A stretch of 64,000 nucleotides of DNA from a bacterium (GCA_030697705.1 JAUYPE010000017.1:5066-69065), one strand, 5' to 3'; shown: positions 37,190-47,613, numbered from the stretch's first letter. Translations and numbers: made by a program. Notes: generated by a model not told the origin, from the letters alone.

Positions 37190-39463
37190 ATGAAAACGAA
37201 AAGTTTTTTTCCAAAAATAACGGCGCTCGCCCTTATCCTCACGCTTAACGCGGGCGGGATTTTGACGGTCGGCTCCACGCTCGCGTTTTTTAACGATGCC
37301 GAGACAGCGGGTGATAGTTTGTTTGTGGCGGGAATACTTAATTTTTCCCTCGCTTCTGATGAATGGACTCCTGTTGATAGTGCCGGGGCGCTCAAATCAG
37401 GAGATATGATAACGCGGCATATGAGCATTCTGGCGGGTGACAGTATTCCCTTTCAATATCGGATCAGAACAATAAAAACATCGGGAGATGATGCGTTTTG
37501 CGGCGCACTGCACATGGTTGCGAGCCGTGGGGCTGTTTCGTTGTATGACGGCGTGCTGATGGATTTTGATCTCACGCCTCCGGTAGAAATTGAGGGAGAC
37601 GGACAGGATGATTGGTCGTTTAAGATGAGTATGCCGACCAGTGCTGGCTCCTTTGTCGGGAAAACATGCGAATTTCGCTTTGTCGTGGACGGATGGCAGG
37701 TGGAGTTTCCCGACGGGACAGGCGGATTCAGCGACCGAGAGGCGCTTGAAAATATTCTTGAGAGCGATGATACGGCTCGAGAAGACGGCGGGCAAAACAT
37801 TTCAGCGCTGGAGGACTCATACGGCGAACAGGAGCATCCGGATGACACGAATGGAACTGCGGGCGACCTGCGGGTAAAATCACAATCGGGCGGGAAGAAT
37901 AAACGCGCCTTCGTCCGCTTTGATTTCCCTTTTCCCGACGGGACGGCAATTCAGTCGGCGGCATTAAAAATGTTCATGGATGATGCGCCTTCCGCGTCGC
38001 GGACGTATGCGGTCGCCCGAACGCTCTCGCCATGGACTGAAGCGAGTATTTCGTGGAACAATCAGCCGGGAACATCCAGTCCCATGAGCGCATCGGCGGT
38101 AACCGGAATTACCGATGATCAATGGCTTGCGTGGGATGTCAAAGATGACGCGAGCGCATTTGTGGCGGGTACGGCTACCAATTATGGATGGACCGTATTT
38201 GACGCGATGGAGAGTTCGGCAACCGCCCGTGAGGGAAAGTTCAGCTCAAGTGAAAATAGCCATCAAGACAAGCGACCGGTGCTGGAGGTCGCATTCAGCG
38301 CACCCCCCGCAACCACATCGCATATCGTCATAAACGAAGTATACGCCGATGTGGGAGACGGAAGGGGTTCCGAAGGGACGAATGAGTGGGTTGAGCTCTA
38401 TAACCCGACGGAGTCGGCTGTTGACATCAAGGATTGGCAGGTGTGCGATGCGGCATCGTGCGATTCGTTTGCAACAACTTCATCCTCAATCATGCTTCCG
38501 AGCCGCGGATTCGCAGTGGTGACGGCTGGTACCTCCACCTGGCAACATTGGGTGCTTCCCGAAGGAGCGATACGGATCGTTCTTGGCGCGAACATCGGCG
38601 GTGGACTCGCAAATCCCGGAGATGCGGTTATTTTGAAGAATGCCTCCAGCGCCGAAATTGACGCGATGAGCTACGGGACCGACACCTCAAAATTAAATCC
38701 TGCAGTTCCCGTTTCAGGCGAGGGCAACTCACTTGCGCGAATCGTAAAGGGATACGACGCAGAATTGGCAAACGACTGGATTATCAATGCGACGGCAAAT
38801 CCGGGAACCAATCCATCCGAGGATGGTACCAGTGAGGTCATGCGCTTCACGAGCCGCGGTAGTGAAGTTGCGGCCGGTGAGAACGGCTTGCCCGCTCTGG
38901 ACACTACGGCGATTCCCGACGAACCGGAAAAACAGATTCTGAAAGAAGAGCCACCGCCTGAAGTTAAGAAGGATGGAGAAGAAACGGAGGACGCCGGGGT
39001 AAGAGATGCGATTAACACCGATGGGGAGCCGGCGTCCTCCCATGCGGCACCAACCGATGGAGATGAATTGCCGCTTATGGTACCGTCAGAAGAAGATCAA
39101 GCAACCACGATGGTGGTTGTTGAATCACACGACGCTGCGACGACAACCTTGTTGATTCTTGAAGGAGAGCTACAATCAACGCCTGTGGAGGAGCGTGTGC
39201 CTGCCGATACAGAGACACCTCACGCCGACGGGACGGAACAAGATATCGTACCGGAACCGGATGGGGTAAATCACAGCAACATGGGTGAGAGTCAAATTTT
39301 ACCTCCGGCGACCATCCCGGAAGTTACGAATGAAAACGCCCTACTGCCAGCGGAAAATAAGCCCGCTGGTGGCGGTGATGGAGGGGGTGATCCGACCACT
39401 CCCGCGGGCGGCGAGGAAGTACCGTTGCCCACACCCATTGCCGACAACGCGGTATTGCAATAA
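37190..39463 (+). CDS. large secreted protein with SipW-cognate signal peptide and a lamin-tail domain (LTD)
   Basis: LAFFNDAETAGD signal motif. LTD-like HIVINEVYADVGDG...NEWVELYNPTESAVDIKDWQV...GDAVILKNASSAEIDAMSYG. Acidic, Pro/Glu-rich C-terminus. Confidence 0.6.
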   Translation: MKTKSFFPKITALALILTLNAGGILTVGSTLAFFNDAETAGDSLFVAGILNFSLASDEWTPVDSAGALKSGDMITRHMSILAGDSIPFQYRIRTIKTSGDDAFCGALHMVASRGAVSLYDGVLMDFDLTPPVEIEGDGQDDWSFKMSMPTSAGSFVGKTCEFRFVVDGWQVEFPDGTGGFSDREALENILESDDTAREDGGQNISALEDSYGEQEHPDDTNGTAGDLRVKSQSGGKNKRAFVRFDFPFPDGTAIQSAALKMFMDDAPSASRTYAVARTLSPWTEASISWNNQPGTSSPMSASAVTGITDDQWLAWDVKDDASAFVAGTATNYGWTVFDAMESSATAREGKFSSSENSHQDKRPVLEVAFSAPPATTSHIVINEVYADVGDGRGSEGTNEWVELYNPTESAVDIKDWQVCDAASCDSFATTSSSIMLPSRGFAVVTAGTSTWQHWVLPEGAIRIVLGANIGGGLANPGDAVILKNASSAEIDAMSYGTDTSKLNPAVPVSGEGNSLARIVKGYDAELANDWIINATANPGTNPSEDGTSEVMRFTSRGSEVAAGENGLPALDTTAIPDEPEKQILKEEPPPEVKKDGEETEDAGVRDAINTDGEPASSHAAPTDGDELPLMVPSEEDQATTMVVVESHDAATTTLLILEGELQSTPVEERVPADTETPHADGTEQDIVPEPDGVNHSNMGESQILPPATIPEVTNENALLPAENKPAGGGDGGGDPTTPAGGEEVPLPTPIADNAVLQ

Positions 39464-39472
39464 AAGAATATA

Positions 39473-40756
39473 ATGCATATTCCGGTTGTCAGCTTTTCGC
39501 TCCTAAAAAAGATTGTGCTCGCGGGCGTTGTGCTTGTGTGTTCATTCGGTTTTCCTTATGCACATGCCGCGAATGATGACCTTGTGGTTGAGTTTGAACA
39601 GACCCCCCTTTTTAACAAGGCGAATTTTCTGCCGGGCGAGATGGTAAGCCGTACCGTGAAGGTAACGAACAATACAGGCGCGTCCCAACAGATTACGACA
39701 GAGGCGATTGCCATAAGCGATCCGCATCATCTGGGCGATGTTTTACGCATAACGGTGAAAGAGGGCGCCATCATGTTTTTTGACGGAACGCTTGCGGAGT
39801 TTTTTGGCAGCGGCGCGCATATGCTCTCCCATCTGGCGGCAGGAGTTGCGACAACCTACACCTACTCGGTTTCGTTTAAGTCCGATGCGGGCAACGCGTA
39901 TCAGGAAGAATCGCTCGGTTTTGATATACTCGTCGGATTTGAGGGCAATGCGGGAGACGGCAATCCTTCTTCACCCGAAGGAGGTGTGACCCCGCAAGGT
40001 GGTGGAGGCACGGGCGGTACAAGTGGTGGAGGTGGTGATTCTGGCGGTCCTCGGGGGCTTACTATTACCGGCGAGCTTGTTCGCGTTGTTGAAATTGGCG
40101 AGACCACTGTGATCATTGAATGGGGCACGAGTTATGAATCCACGAGCCGCGTCGTGTACGGCACGGCGAGCGGATTATTCAATTTTTCCAACACTCCCAA
40201 TTACGGCTACCCACTTTCCACCATTGAATCCGACGCGCCGGCACATCCCAACGGTGTTCTCGCTCACCGCGTCCTCATCAGCGGACTCGTACCGGCAACG
40301 ATCTATTATTTTCGTACGATTTCCCACGCCTCACCCGACACAATCGGTTTTGAACATACTTTTACGACTCTAGGCTCCCGCGACAGTCAAAGCGCGGTCA
40401 TTGCTTCCGGCGGGCGGCTTCCCATATCCTCTTCGGGAGAGGTGCTTGTTTCGGCGGGTGGAGAAAGGAGCGTACAACGGATTGGATCGGGTGCCGAGGT
40501 GAATAATGCTCCCTTTCCTCTCTCTCGCGCTTCAGAAAGTAGCGCAGGCGACACGGGTGTTTCGGAACGCCGGAATGAAAATCTGTTGGAGGATGCTGGC
40601 CGCGCATTCACTCCCCTCCTCGCCGTTCTTTCCGCCGCCCTGCCGTTTGTCGGTAAAGAAGGAGGTCGCATCATGCTTATTGTTCTGATAATCGCTCTGC
40701 TTCTTTCCCTTATCGTCTGGCGCCTCTCTCGCCACAGAAGAAAAAATAAGAAGTAG
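39473..40756 (+). CDS. secreted protein with fibronectin type III-like domain, Gly-rich linker and C-terminal TM anchor
   Basis: Signal peptide. FN3-like LTITGELVRVVEIGETTVIIEWGT...YYFRTIS. C-terminal IMLIVLIIALLLSLIVW + RLSRHRRKNKK. Confidence 0.5.
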   Translation: MHIPVVSFSLLKKIVLAGVVLVCSFGFPYAHAANDDLVVEFEQTPLFNKANFLPGEMVSRTVKVTNNTGASQQITTEAIAISDPHHLGDVLRITVKEGAIMFFDGTLAEFFGSGAHMLSHLAAGVATTYTYSVSFKSDAGNAYQEESLGFDILVGFEGNAGDGNPSSPEGGVTPQGGGGTGGTSGGGGDSGGPRGLTITGELVRVVEIGETTVIIEWGTSYESTSRVVYGTASGLFNFSNTPNYGYPLSTIESDAPAHPNGVLAHRVLISGLVPATIYYFRTISHASPDTIGFEHTFTTLGSRDSQSAVIASGGRLPISSSGEVLVSAGGERSVQRIGSGAEVNNAPFPLSRASESSAGDTGVSERRNENLLEDAGRAFTPLLAVLSAALPFVGKEGGRIMLIVLIIALLLSLIVWRLSRHRRKNKK

Positions 40757-40792
40757 ATACTGACAGCGGTTTTTTCGGTATTCATCGGCACA

Positions 40793-41083
40793 CTATTGCG
40801 GAATGCCGTTTGGTACCGCTATTTCTGTTGTTGTCGCGACCGATACAGCACTTCTCTCTGTGGGAGTGGGTACTGCTGGCAGTGCGGCTTGCTGCGGTGG
40901 AGATTTTTTTTGCGGAGGGGATACCAATGGCGATCTCGTCAATGTGGGAGCAACAGGCGTCGCAAACTCATCCGGGCTCGGGAGCGTGAGCCGCATGCCA
41001 CTGCCCAGACGCGCTGAAAGAAAGACGGCATATCCTGCGACGACAAGCGTTGTAATACCGATAGCAAGAAGCGCGTTTTTCAT
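40793..41083 (-). CDS. small Pro-rich membrane-anchored protein, hypothetical
   Basis: N-terminal TM helix, PxxP-rich tail. Confidence 0.35.
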   Translation of the reverse strand: MKNALLAIGITTLVVAGYAVFLSARLGSGMRLTLPSPDEFATPVAPTLTRSPLVSPPQKKSPPQQAALPAVPTPTERSAVSVATTTEIAVPNGIPQ

Positions 41084-41163
41084 ATTTTTTTGTTACCCGT
41101 GTAAAATATGATACCGCACACCGGTATAATACGCCAGACATTTGTGTTTCAAGGGCAGTTTTT

Positions 41164-41742
41164 CTATCCCCCCGTCTGCCAGACGCGAATCGCCTCAAGC
41201 GGATAGATAAGCATGATGATATTGAGCGTGAGGTTATCGCGAATGAAGTAACCGACAAAAACCTCCATGGCAATCGTGAGTGCAATCGTAACCCACAGGG
41301 GCAAGATGCGCGCAAGCGCAAAACCGACCATCATAGCAAGGACATCGCTCACAGAATTGACGACGCTGTCGCCGAAGTAGTCATAGGAAATCGTAACGGT
41401 GCGGTAGCGATTGATGATATAACTTGAGTTTTCAAAAATTTCCCATACGCACTCAATCACAACAGCGAGCACGAGGCGGAAACCTATGGACGTGCGCTTT
41501 GTCACAAGCCAGAGCAAGCCGAAGAACGCAAAACCGTGGATGACATGCGAAAAAGTATACCAGTCGGTGAGATGCTGGGAGTTCTCGGAACTCGCGACGA
41601 TGCCATGCCAGAACTTGATGTATCCGCAATCGCACCACGGCACACGCCCCGTCCATAATAAAATAAGTGCGTGAATACCGAGTATGCCGACGACGCCGAG
41701 TGCGTACAGACGAAACGGAATGCGATTGAGCAAACTAATCAT
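41164..41742 (-). CDS. integral membrane protein (DUF2585-like), hypothetical
   Basis: Five to six TM helices with a CDCG motif. Confidence 0.4.
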   Translation of the reverse strand: MISLLNRIPFRLYALGVVGILGIHALILLWTGRVPWCDCGYIKFWHGIVASSENSQHLTDWYTFSHVIHGFAFFGLLWLVTKRTSIGFRLVLAVVIECVWEIFENSSYIINRYRTVTISYDYFGDSVVNSVSDVLAMMVGFALARILPLWVTIALTIAMEVFVGYFIRDNLTLNIIMLIYPLEAIRVWQTGG

Positions 41743-41861
41743 GGGTACAGTATAGCAGAAAAATATTTCACTTGCCTTGTCCGGCTACAAAAAAACCGCT
41801 GGACGAACTATGCGGTCTACGATCTACAAAAACATTCCTTGTTTGTACTCATCAATAGATG

Positions 41862-42416
41862 TCAACTTTTCTGTTCTTTGAGCAGATCCTTATAGGCGTG
41901 GCGGATCTTTTCCACCTTCGGGGCGATGACGATTTCAACATATGGCTGATCAGGGTGAGTATCGTAATAGCGCTTATGGTATTCTTCAGCCGGATAAAAC
42001 GAATTGCCGAGCGGTTCGATTTTCGTCACGATCGGATCAGCATATTTTTTCTCCGCGGTCAGCGCCGCGATCATGCGCTCCGCTTCTGTTTTTTGTTCTG
42101 GTGTCGTGTAAAGAATCGTGGAGCGGTATTGCGTGCCCATGTCGGCACCCTGGCGATTCAGCGTCGTGGGATCGTGACTTGCGAAAAAAACTTCCAGCAG
42201 TTTTGCAAAAGGGATAATACTCGGGTCGTACACAATGCGGATAACCTCGGCGTGCCCCGTCGTACCGTCAGAGACACGGTTGTAGGATGGGTTCGCTACC
42301 GATCCACCCGCGTATCCGGGTGTAACTTCGGCAATGCCCTTTAATTGCAAAAAAACCGCCTCCGTGCACCAGAAGCACCCCCCGCCAAACGCAACCACTT
42401 CCATAGATCCGGTCAT
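41862..42416 (-). CDS. msrA: peptide methionine sulfoxide reductase MsrA
   Basis: GGGCFWC active-site motif. HDPTTLNRQG..G.QYRS. Confidence 0.9.
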   Translation of the reverse strand: MTGSMEVVAFGGGCFWCTEAVFLQLKGIAEVTPGYAGGSVANPSYNRVSDGTTGHAEVIRIVYDPSIIPFAKLLEVFFASHDPTTLNRQGADMGTQYRSTILYTTPEQKTEAERMIAALTAEKKYADPIVTKIEPLGNSFYPAEEYHKRYYDTHPDQPYVEIVIAPKVEKIRHAYKDLLKEQKS

Positions 42417-43378
42417 AGTTTTATGTAATTATTGACAATTGGTTGTTCATTCACCATGCGGTTAACAAGAATCGCCGCCAGCGCGCCGCCTGCAGTGGTA
42501 CCGGTAATTGCCAGTACCGCATCAAACGCGTCGTAAGAAACGGGAAAGACGGCAAACTGAAGCGGAAGCGCATACAGAAACAACCCGCCCACCGCACCGG
42601 CAAGAAACCCGCGTGCGGTTGATTTTTTAACTATGCCGCTACTCACAATTCCCACCATGCTTATTGTTGAGAGGGCAAGAAGCCAATTGGGAAGATGGGG
42701 GTAGCTCCCTGCCGCGCGACTTCCCGCAACGACGCCAGCATCAAAAAGCGCGCCCTGAAAGGTAAGGGTGAATAGAGCCGCAAGCAGTGCCGGAATGACG
42801 GGACCGAAAAATCGTTCGGCAAAAAAATAAACGGCGATGGAGAGAAATGCTGCAATGCACGCTCCGCCAAAACCGGCAATCGCGTAGGGACTGAAAGGGA
42901 AAAAAGGCGCGAAGAAAATGAGCAGAATATTTAAGAGCGACGCCAGAAGAAGCGCACCGAATATCTCGCGTCCGGCAAGATCGCGTTCTTTTTTAATTTC
43001 ATGGACAAGCAAGGTGAGCGCGGTGATGGCGGCGCCAAAAAAGAAAAAATGCGGCGGACTCCAGATGATAAGCACCGACTCAACCGTTTCTTTGCCGCGC
43101 CACCGGTGCCACGCCTCATCAAATGGAATAGTCATAGGAACAACGAGCAGCGCAAAAAAAATTCTCCGCCAGGAAGGCATCCCCCGTCGCCGCCATGCGA
43201 AAAAACTTTGTGCGAGCATGACGAAGAGACTGCCCTGCACGAGGAGGTGCGGGAGGATAAAAAAACTATCCCTTCCTTTGGCAAGATGCCACCAACCGTC
43301 AAAGCTTACGCCGAACGAGGCAACCGCTCCTGCGAGGATGGCGACATGAAGCGCGTGGATGTGTTTTTTTGTTTCCAT
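42413..43378 (-). CDS. polytopic membrane protein, hypothetical
   Basis: About 8 TM helices. 4-nt overlap with msrA. Confidence 0.5.
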   Translation of the reverse strand: METKKHIHALHVAILAGAVASFGVSFDGWWHLAKGRDSFFILPHLLVQGSLFVMLAQSFFAWRRRGMPSWRRIFFALLVVPMTIPFDEAWHRWRGKETVESVLIIWSPPHFFFFGAAITALTLLVHEIKKERDLAGREIFGALLLASLLNILLIFFAPFFPFSPYAIAGFGGACIAAFLSIAVYFFAERFFGPVIPALLAALFTLTFQGALFDAGVVAGSRAAGSYPHLPNWLLALSTISMVGIVSSGIVKKSTARGFLAGAVGGLFLYALPLQFAVFPVSYDAFDAVLAITGTTAGGALAAILVNRMVNEQPIVNNYIKL

Positions 43379-43462
43379 ATGAAAAGGAAAGAAAAGATGA
43401 AAGCTCCGCGCTTCTAGTATACCACTTAATGAAAGATTGAGGAAGATGCTGTATCCGGGTAC

Positions 43463-44300
43463 TCCTAGTCAATTGGTACAAGCGTTAATGATTTTTGCAG
43501 ATACTCATGCGGGTTTTCAAACAATTCCGGCAGGGAAAATCTGAAGCAAAATTCCCTCACATAGTCAGGCATCTTCTCAGGGGTAGCATGGTGATACATT
43601 CTTCTGATGAAGGTACGCAGGTTTCCGAACATTCTCTCAATCTCCGAGGTGTGAGCAAACTCAAACTTCTCGTGAATATCCCTCATATGCCGTACTGGCC
43701 ACCAGCGGTTGATCCCTTGGTAGATAGCGGCGCGTCGTCCGTATGCAGGCGGCTCCGAGGACGCACATGCTGTTCAAGGAAGCGTACAAGCATGGTGGCG
43801 CTGGACGCTATGCCCCGAGAGCATCTCAAACGCTACCTTGCGCGTTCCCTTCTGCTTCCCCATGAGTAACGACCATCGGGTGCCATACGCTTCATCCAAC
43901 TGCACGATATGCTCAAGAATAAGAGGATTTTCCGGTATCTGCGTCCGAAACAGATCACACCATCGTCGTACCGCTTCTTCAGAAAAAACAGCGAGTGCCT
44001 GTGTCCGCTTCACCGGCACTCTACTGGTCCAACACCAGAGCAAGAGCCAGAACTTTTGATACGACAGCTTCATGTCTTTGAGCCATGTGTGGGAGACCAG
44101 GGAAAACTTTAAGCGACGAGGGGCGACATCGGTACCGATCCTCGTATCGTAACACCCTACGAGACCTGGAGGTGGGACAGAAGACATTCTTACCAAAAAG
44201 AACGCGGCGGAGGTACTTCTTTACTTGAGCTTCTGAAGGTATCTGTTTGAGATGGTACCTATCGGGTAGTATACCCAATTTGTACCAACTGACTTAGGAG
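43463..44300 (-). mobile_element. IS1595-family insertion sequence, transposase degraded by frameshifts, with about 22-bp terminal inverted repeats
   Basis: TIR ctcctagtcaattggtacaag (43463-43483) versus revcomp of 44274-44300 ctcctaagtcagttggtacaaat. Transposase fragments: ISXO2-like N-terminal part (IVQLDEAYGTRW..GKQKGTRKVAF, 43774..44196) and C-terminal part (TSEIERMFGNLRTFIRRMYHH, 43465..43686) in different frames. Confidence 0.6.
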
Positions 44301-44351
44301 ACCCATATTTGTCATATTGCGATAAGGGTACATCTGTGCTAGTATGAACAG

Positions 44352-44687
44352 GTGAAGTTTCTGCTGAAATTTTTATTCAAAATCATCCTGACGGGAGTCG
44401 TGCTCTACGGTCTCACACAATACTTCCCCACCTTCCATCTCGAGGGTGGACTTCAAAGTTTTGCCCTTGCGGGATTTGTGCTTGCGGTGCTCAACGCAAC
44501 CGTCTATCCCATTCTGCGCCTCATTACGACCCCTTTGCGTTGGCTGACCCTCGGTCTCTTCGGGCTGGTCATCAATATGGCGGTACTCGCCCTTGCCGAT
44601 TCACTCCTCCCCAATCTTACGATTGATAATCTTGGAACACTTTTTTGGGCATCGCTCGTCATCGCCGTTGCCCATATCTTTTTTTAA
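44352..44687 (+). CDS. DUF360 / phage-holin-4_2 family small membrane protein
   Basis: Four short TM segments, about 110 aa. Family assignment tentative. Confidence 0.45.
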   Translation: MKFLLKFLFKIILTGVVLYGLTQYFPTFHLEGGLQSFALAGFVLAVLNATVYPILRLITTPLRWLTLGLFGLVINMAVLALADSLLPNLTIDNLGTLFWASLVIAVAHIFF

Positions 44688-44717
44688 AACACACACCCGT
44701 AAAAATAAAAAACTGGC

Positions 44718-44936
44718 ATGCGACAAATCATTCTCATAGCACAGGTTATCATCTCTCTTCTCCTTATCGTCTCCGTACTCTTGCAACAGCGGGGCGGCGG
44801 CCTCTCGCAGGTATTCGGCGGGACGGGTGGTGCCTACCGCACACGCCGAGGCGTTGAGCGTGTAACGCTCTGGGCAACCATTATTCTCGCCATACTCTTC
44901 CTCATAGCAGCGCTTTTAAGCATCCGACTTCGCTAA
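44718..44936 (+). CDS. secG: preprotein translocase subunit SecG
   Basis: Two TM helices flanking LLQQRGGGLSQVFGGTGG. Confidence 0.75.
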   Translation: MRQIILIAQVIISLLLIVSVLLQQRGGGLSQVFGGTGGAYRTRRGVERVTLWATIILAILFLIAALLSIRLR

Positions 44937-44994
44937 ACGAAGAAGATACTTTCAAGGATCTTTCTATCCGCACTCTACTTCTAGAGCATGTGCC

Positions 44995-46752
44995 ATGGAT
45001 GAACACACCAATAGACCGGCAGGCGGCTACTCTGCGCTTCCGTTCAAAAAACTCCTTTATCTCCCCCATCTCCTGTCAAAAAAAGAAAAGCGCGTAATGG
45101 CGCTTCTTGCTCTTTTATGTCTTACCAGCGGTACATGGCTGTTGATGCGCGGCTACCATAACATCACGCAGCCCATTCCCGCCATTGGATCGTCCTACAC
45201 CGAGGGAGCAGTTGGCGAACCGATTACGATCAATCCTCTGCTCGCGAGCCGCGATATTGATCGCGACCTGAGTCGCCTCGTCTACGCCGGTCTGCTCACT
45301 TATGGCCCGGATGGCACTCCCGTTCCCGATCTGGCCGATCGCTACGAAGTCAGTGCCGATGGTAAGATATACACCGTTACGATCCGAAACGGTCTCATCT
45401 GGCATGACGGCAAACCTCTTACCGCCGACGATGTCGCCTTTACCGTCAAACTCATTCAAAATCCGCAGTACAAGAGTCCGCTCCGCGCCAACTGGCAAGG
45501 TGTTTTGGCGGAAGTATTAAATCCACAAACCATCCGCTTCACCCTTCGCGCTCCCTATGAGCCGTTTATAGAAAATCTTACCGTCGGCATCATTCCCCTC
45601 CACCTGTGGGAAAATGTAACCCCCGAGCAAATGCCGCTCCATGAGCTCAATCTCAAGCCGGTCGGCTCCGGTCCCTATCAATTCTCCGGTATCAAACAAA
45701 GCACCGCCGGCTCACTCACCTCCTACACCCTTACACGCAATAAAAAATATCACCGCGAGGGTCCTTATCTTCAAACGATCACGTTCCAATTCTACCCCAC
45801 TGAGAGCGCTCTTTCGAGCGCGTGGCGCGCCGGCACAATTGAGGGATTCGGCCCGGTTGCGAACCCCTCGGAACTCCCCGCTACCATTCAAGCCGCCTCG
45901 CTTCACCCCCTTGAGATGCCGCGCATTTTTGGTATTTTCTTCAATCAAAAACGCTCTCCCGCGCTCGCCGATTCTACCGTAAGATCCGCTATTGCCCGCG
46001 CTATAGATAAAAAAAAGCTTGCTGATTCGGCATCCGCCAGCGGCAAGGTTCCGCTTGACGGCGTTCTCCCGTGGATCAGCGCACCGGATGAACTGAAAAA
46101 CATCTTCAATCCCGAAGTGGCACGTACACTGCTTGATCAAGGCGGATGGAAGGAGACCGATGCAGACGGCATTCGCCAAAAAAAACTCAAAGACGCAAAA
46201 GGCAAGCAAATTCTCACACGACTGGCATTCACACTCTCAACATCCGATTGGCCGGATCTCCTGCAGACCGCAGACAGTATTAAAGAAATGCTCCGCGCGG
46301 TGGGCATTGAAATTACGATTGAAAAAAAACCTTTTACGGAACTTCAATCTTCGGTCATTCGCCCGCGCGCTTTTGACATCCTGCTCTTCGGGCAGGTGTA
46401 CGGTTATGAGCCGGATCCGTTTGCTTTCTGGCATTCTTCCCAAACACGCGATCCGGGACTGAATGTCGCCCTCTATGCAAGTAAGAGTGCGGACAAACTA
46501 CTGGAAAGTGCCCGCACGACAGAGGACTCCGCAGAACGCGCGAGAGAATACGAGCAATTCTCGCGCCTCCTTCTCAAGGATACGCCCGCCGTCTTTCTCT
46601 TTTCCCAGTTGTATCTTTACCTCCTGCCAGCCGACATACAGGGCGTGAATTTATCAAAAATCTCACTTCCCGCAGACCGTTTTAATGACATTAATCTCTG
46701 GTACCGGAGTACGAAAAGAGCATGGAGCGCTAGCGCGCCTCAGAAGAATTAA
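44995..46752 (+). CDS. ABC transporter substrate-binding protein, family 5 (oligopeptide/nickel type)
   Basis: Signal anchor. SBP_bac_5 pattern (YTVTIRNGLIWHDGKPLTADDVAFT). Confidence 0.8.
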   Translation: MDEHTNRPAGGYSALPFKKLLYLPHLLSKKEKRVMALLALLCLTSGTWLLMRGYHNITQPIPAIGSSYTEGAVGEPITINPLLASRDIDRDLSRLVYAGLLTYGPDGTPVPDLADRYEVSADGKIYTVTIRNGLIWHDGKPLTADDVAFTVKLIQNPQYKSPLRANWQGVLAEVLNPQTIRFTLRAPYEPFIENLTVGIIPLHLWENVTPEQMPLHELNLKPVGSGPYQFSGIKQSTAGSLTSYTLTRNKKYHREGPYLQTITFQFYPTESALSSAWRAGTIEGFGPVANPSELPATIQAASLHPLEMPRIFGIFFNQKRSPALADSTVRSAIARAIDKKKLADSASASGKVPLDGVLPWISAPDELKNIFNPEVARTLLDQGGWKETDADGIRQKKLKDAKGKQILTRLAFTLSTSDWPDLLQTADSIKEMLRAVGIEITIEKKPFTELQSSVIRPRAFDILLFGQVYGYEPDPFAFWHSSQTRDPGLNVALYASKSADKLLESARTTEDSAERAREYEQFSRLLLKDTPAVFLFSQLYLYLLPADIQGVNLSKISLPADRFNDINLWYRSTKRAWSASAPQKN

Positions 46753-47125
46753 AAAAGCGCACCGACTTGCATTGATTTTGAAACCATGCTATACTGTTCC
46801 TATCGATGAGTCATGTGGAGAGTCGTTCTTGCCAAGAGACAAGAAAAATTCTCCAGGTGACTACTCAAAAAAGAGAGGGTTTATCTCTCTTTTCGCAGAG
46901 AAAGACAGTGTTTTGGGACGCCACTCATGGCTATCCCGCATTGCGTGTGCATCATGTATTCTTGAGGTTCAGGAATCGCAGAGGTGCATTGCTAGTTTTT
47001 TTACGAGTTGTTTTTCTGTTGGTTATTCTAGTAGACACCTAATGCCCTCCGCCGCATCTTCTTTACGGATGACAGCGAACCACTAATTATGGTACATTAA
47101 TTCTCGCGAACAGCATCGGCAGTTC

Positions 47126-47209
47126 GGGGATGTGGTGGAATCGGCAGACACGCAGCGTTCAGGGCGCTGTGAGCGCAAGCTCGTGGGAGTTCAACTCTCC
47201 CCATCCCCA
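47126..47209 (+). tRNA. tRNA-Leu(CAG), type II with long variable arm
   Basis: ggggatg tg gtg..cac g cagcg ttcaggg cgctg, variable hairpin gagcgcaagctc, T arm gggag ttcaact ctccc, then catcccc a. Anticodon CAG. Confidence 0.75.
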
Positions 47210-47270
47210 TCAATATGAGCGTAGGGGAAATCAGGGAGTTTCCGCCCATGGCGGACCCGCCTTTGGCGGA

Positions 47271-47288
47271 CAACTCTCCCCATCCCCA
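47271..47288 (+). repeat. direct repeat of the tRNA-Leu 3' end (caactctccccatcccca)
   Basis: 18/18 identity with 47192-47209, 62 bp downstream of the tRNA. Confidence 0.7.
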
Positions 47289-47306
47289 TTTTGTTAAAAA
47301 ATCAGT

Positions 47307-47425
47307 CGTCATCCCGAATGAAGTGAGGGATCCCGCGCAATTTCAATATCGCCAAAAACTTACGGAATTCCTCCCTCACGGGACACCTGCCAGCAGTCGT
47401 TCCACTCGGAATAGCGACAGAACGA
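47307..47425. repeat. palindromic dispersed repeat copy (same family as 8846-8935 and 49634-49735)
   Basis: gtcatcccgaatgaagtgagggatcccg ... ggaattcctccctcac ... cactcggaatagcgac. Confidence 0.55.
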
Positions 47426-47613
47426 TAAGCCTGCACGTGATCGTTTTTCAATCTTGTCCCATTTTATTTATTCTTCATTTATCTAATCGCGCATCGTACT
47501 GACGGATCATATCCGCTCTAGAAACTCCTGCGCTTAAGCTCAACCGCTATTCTTTTGGCTTTTTCCGGCTATCCGGTAATTTTCAAAATGGCGTTCCGCT
47601 CCGTATTTTCATT

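Noticed and set aside
47097-47312. 71-aa minus-strand ORF.
   Set aside because: Overlaps tRNA-Leu(CAG) and the repeat region. Its translation is just the tRNA antisense.
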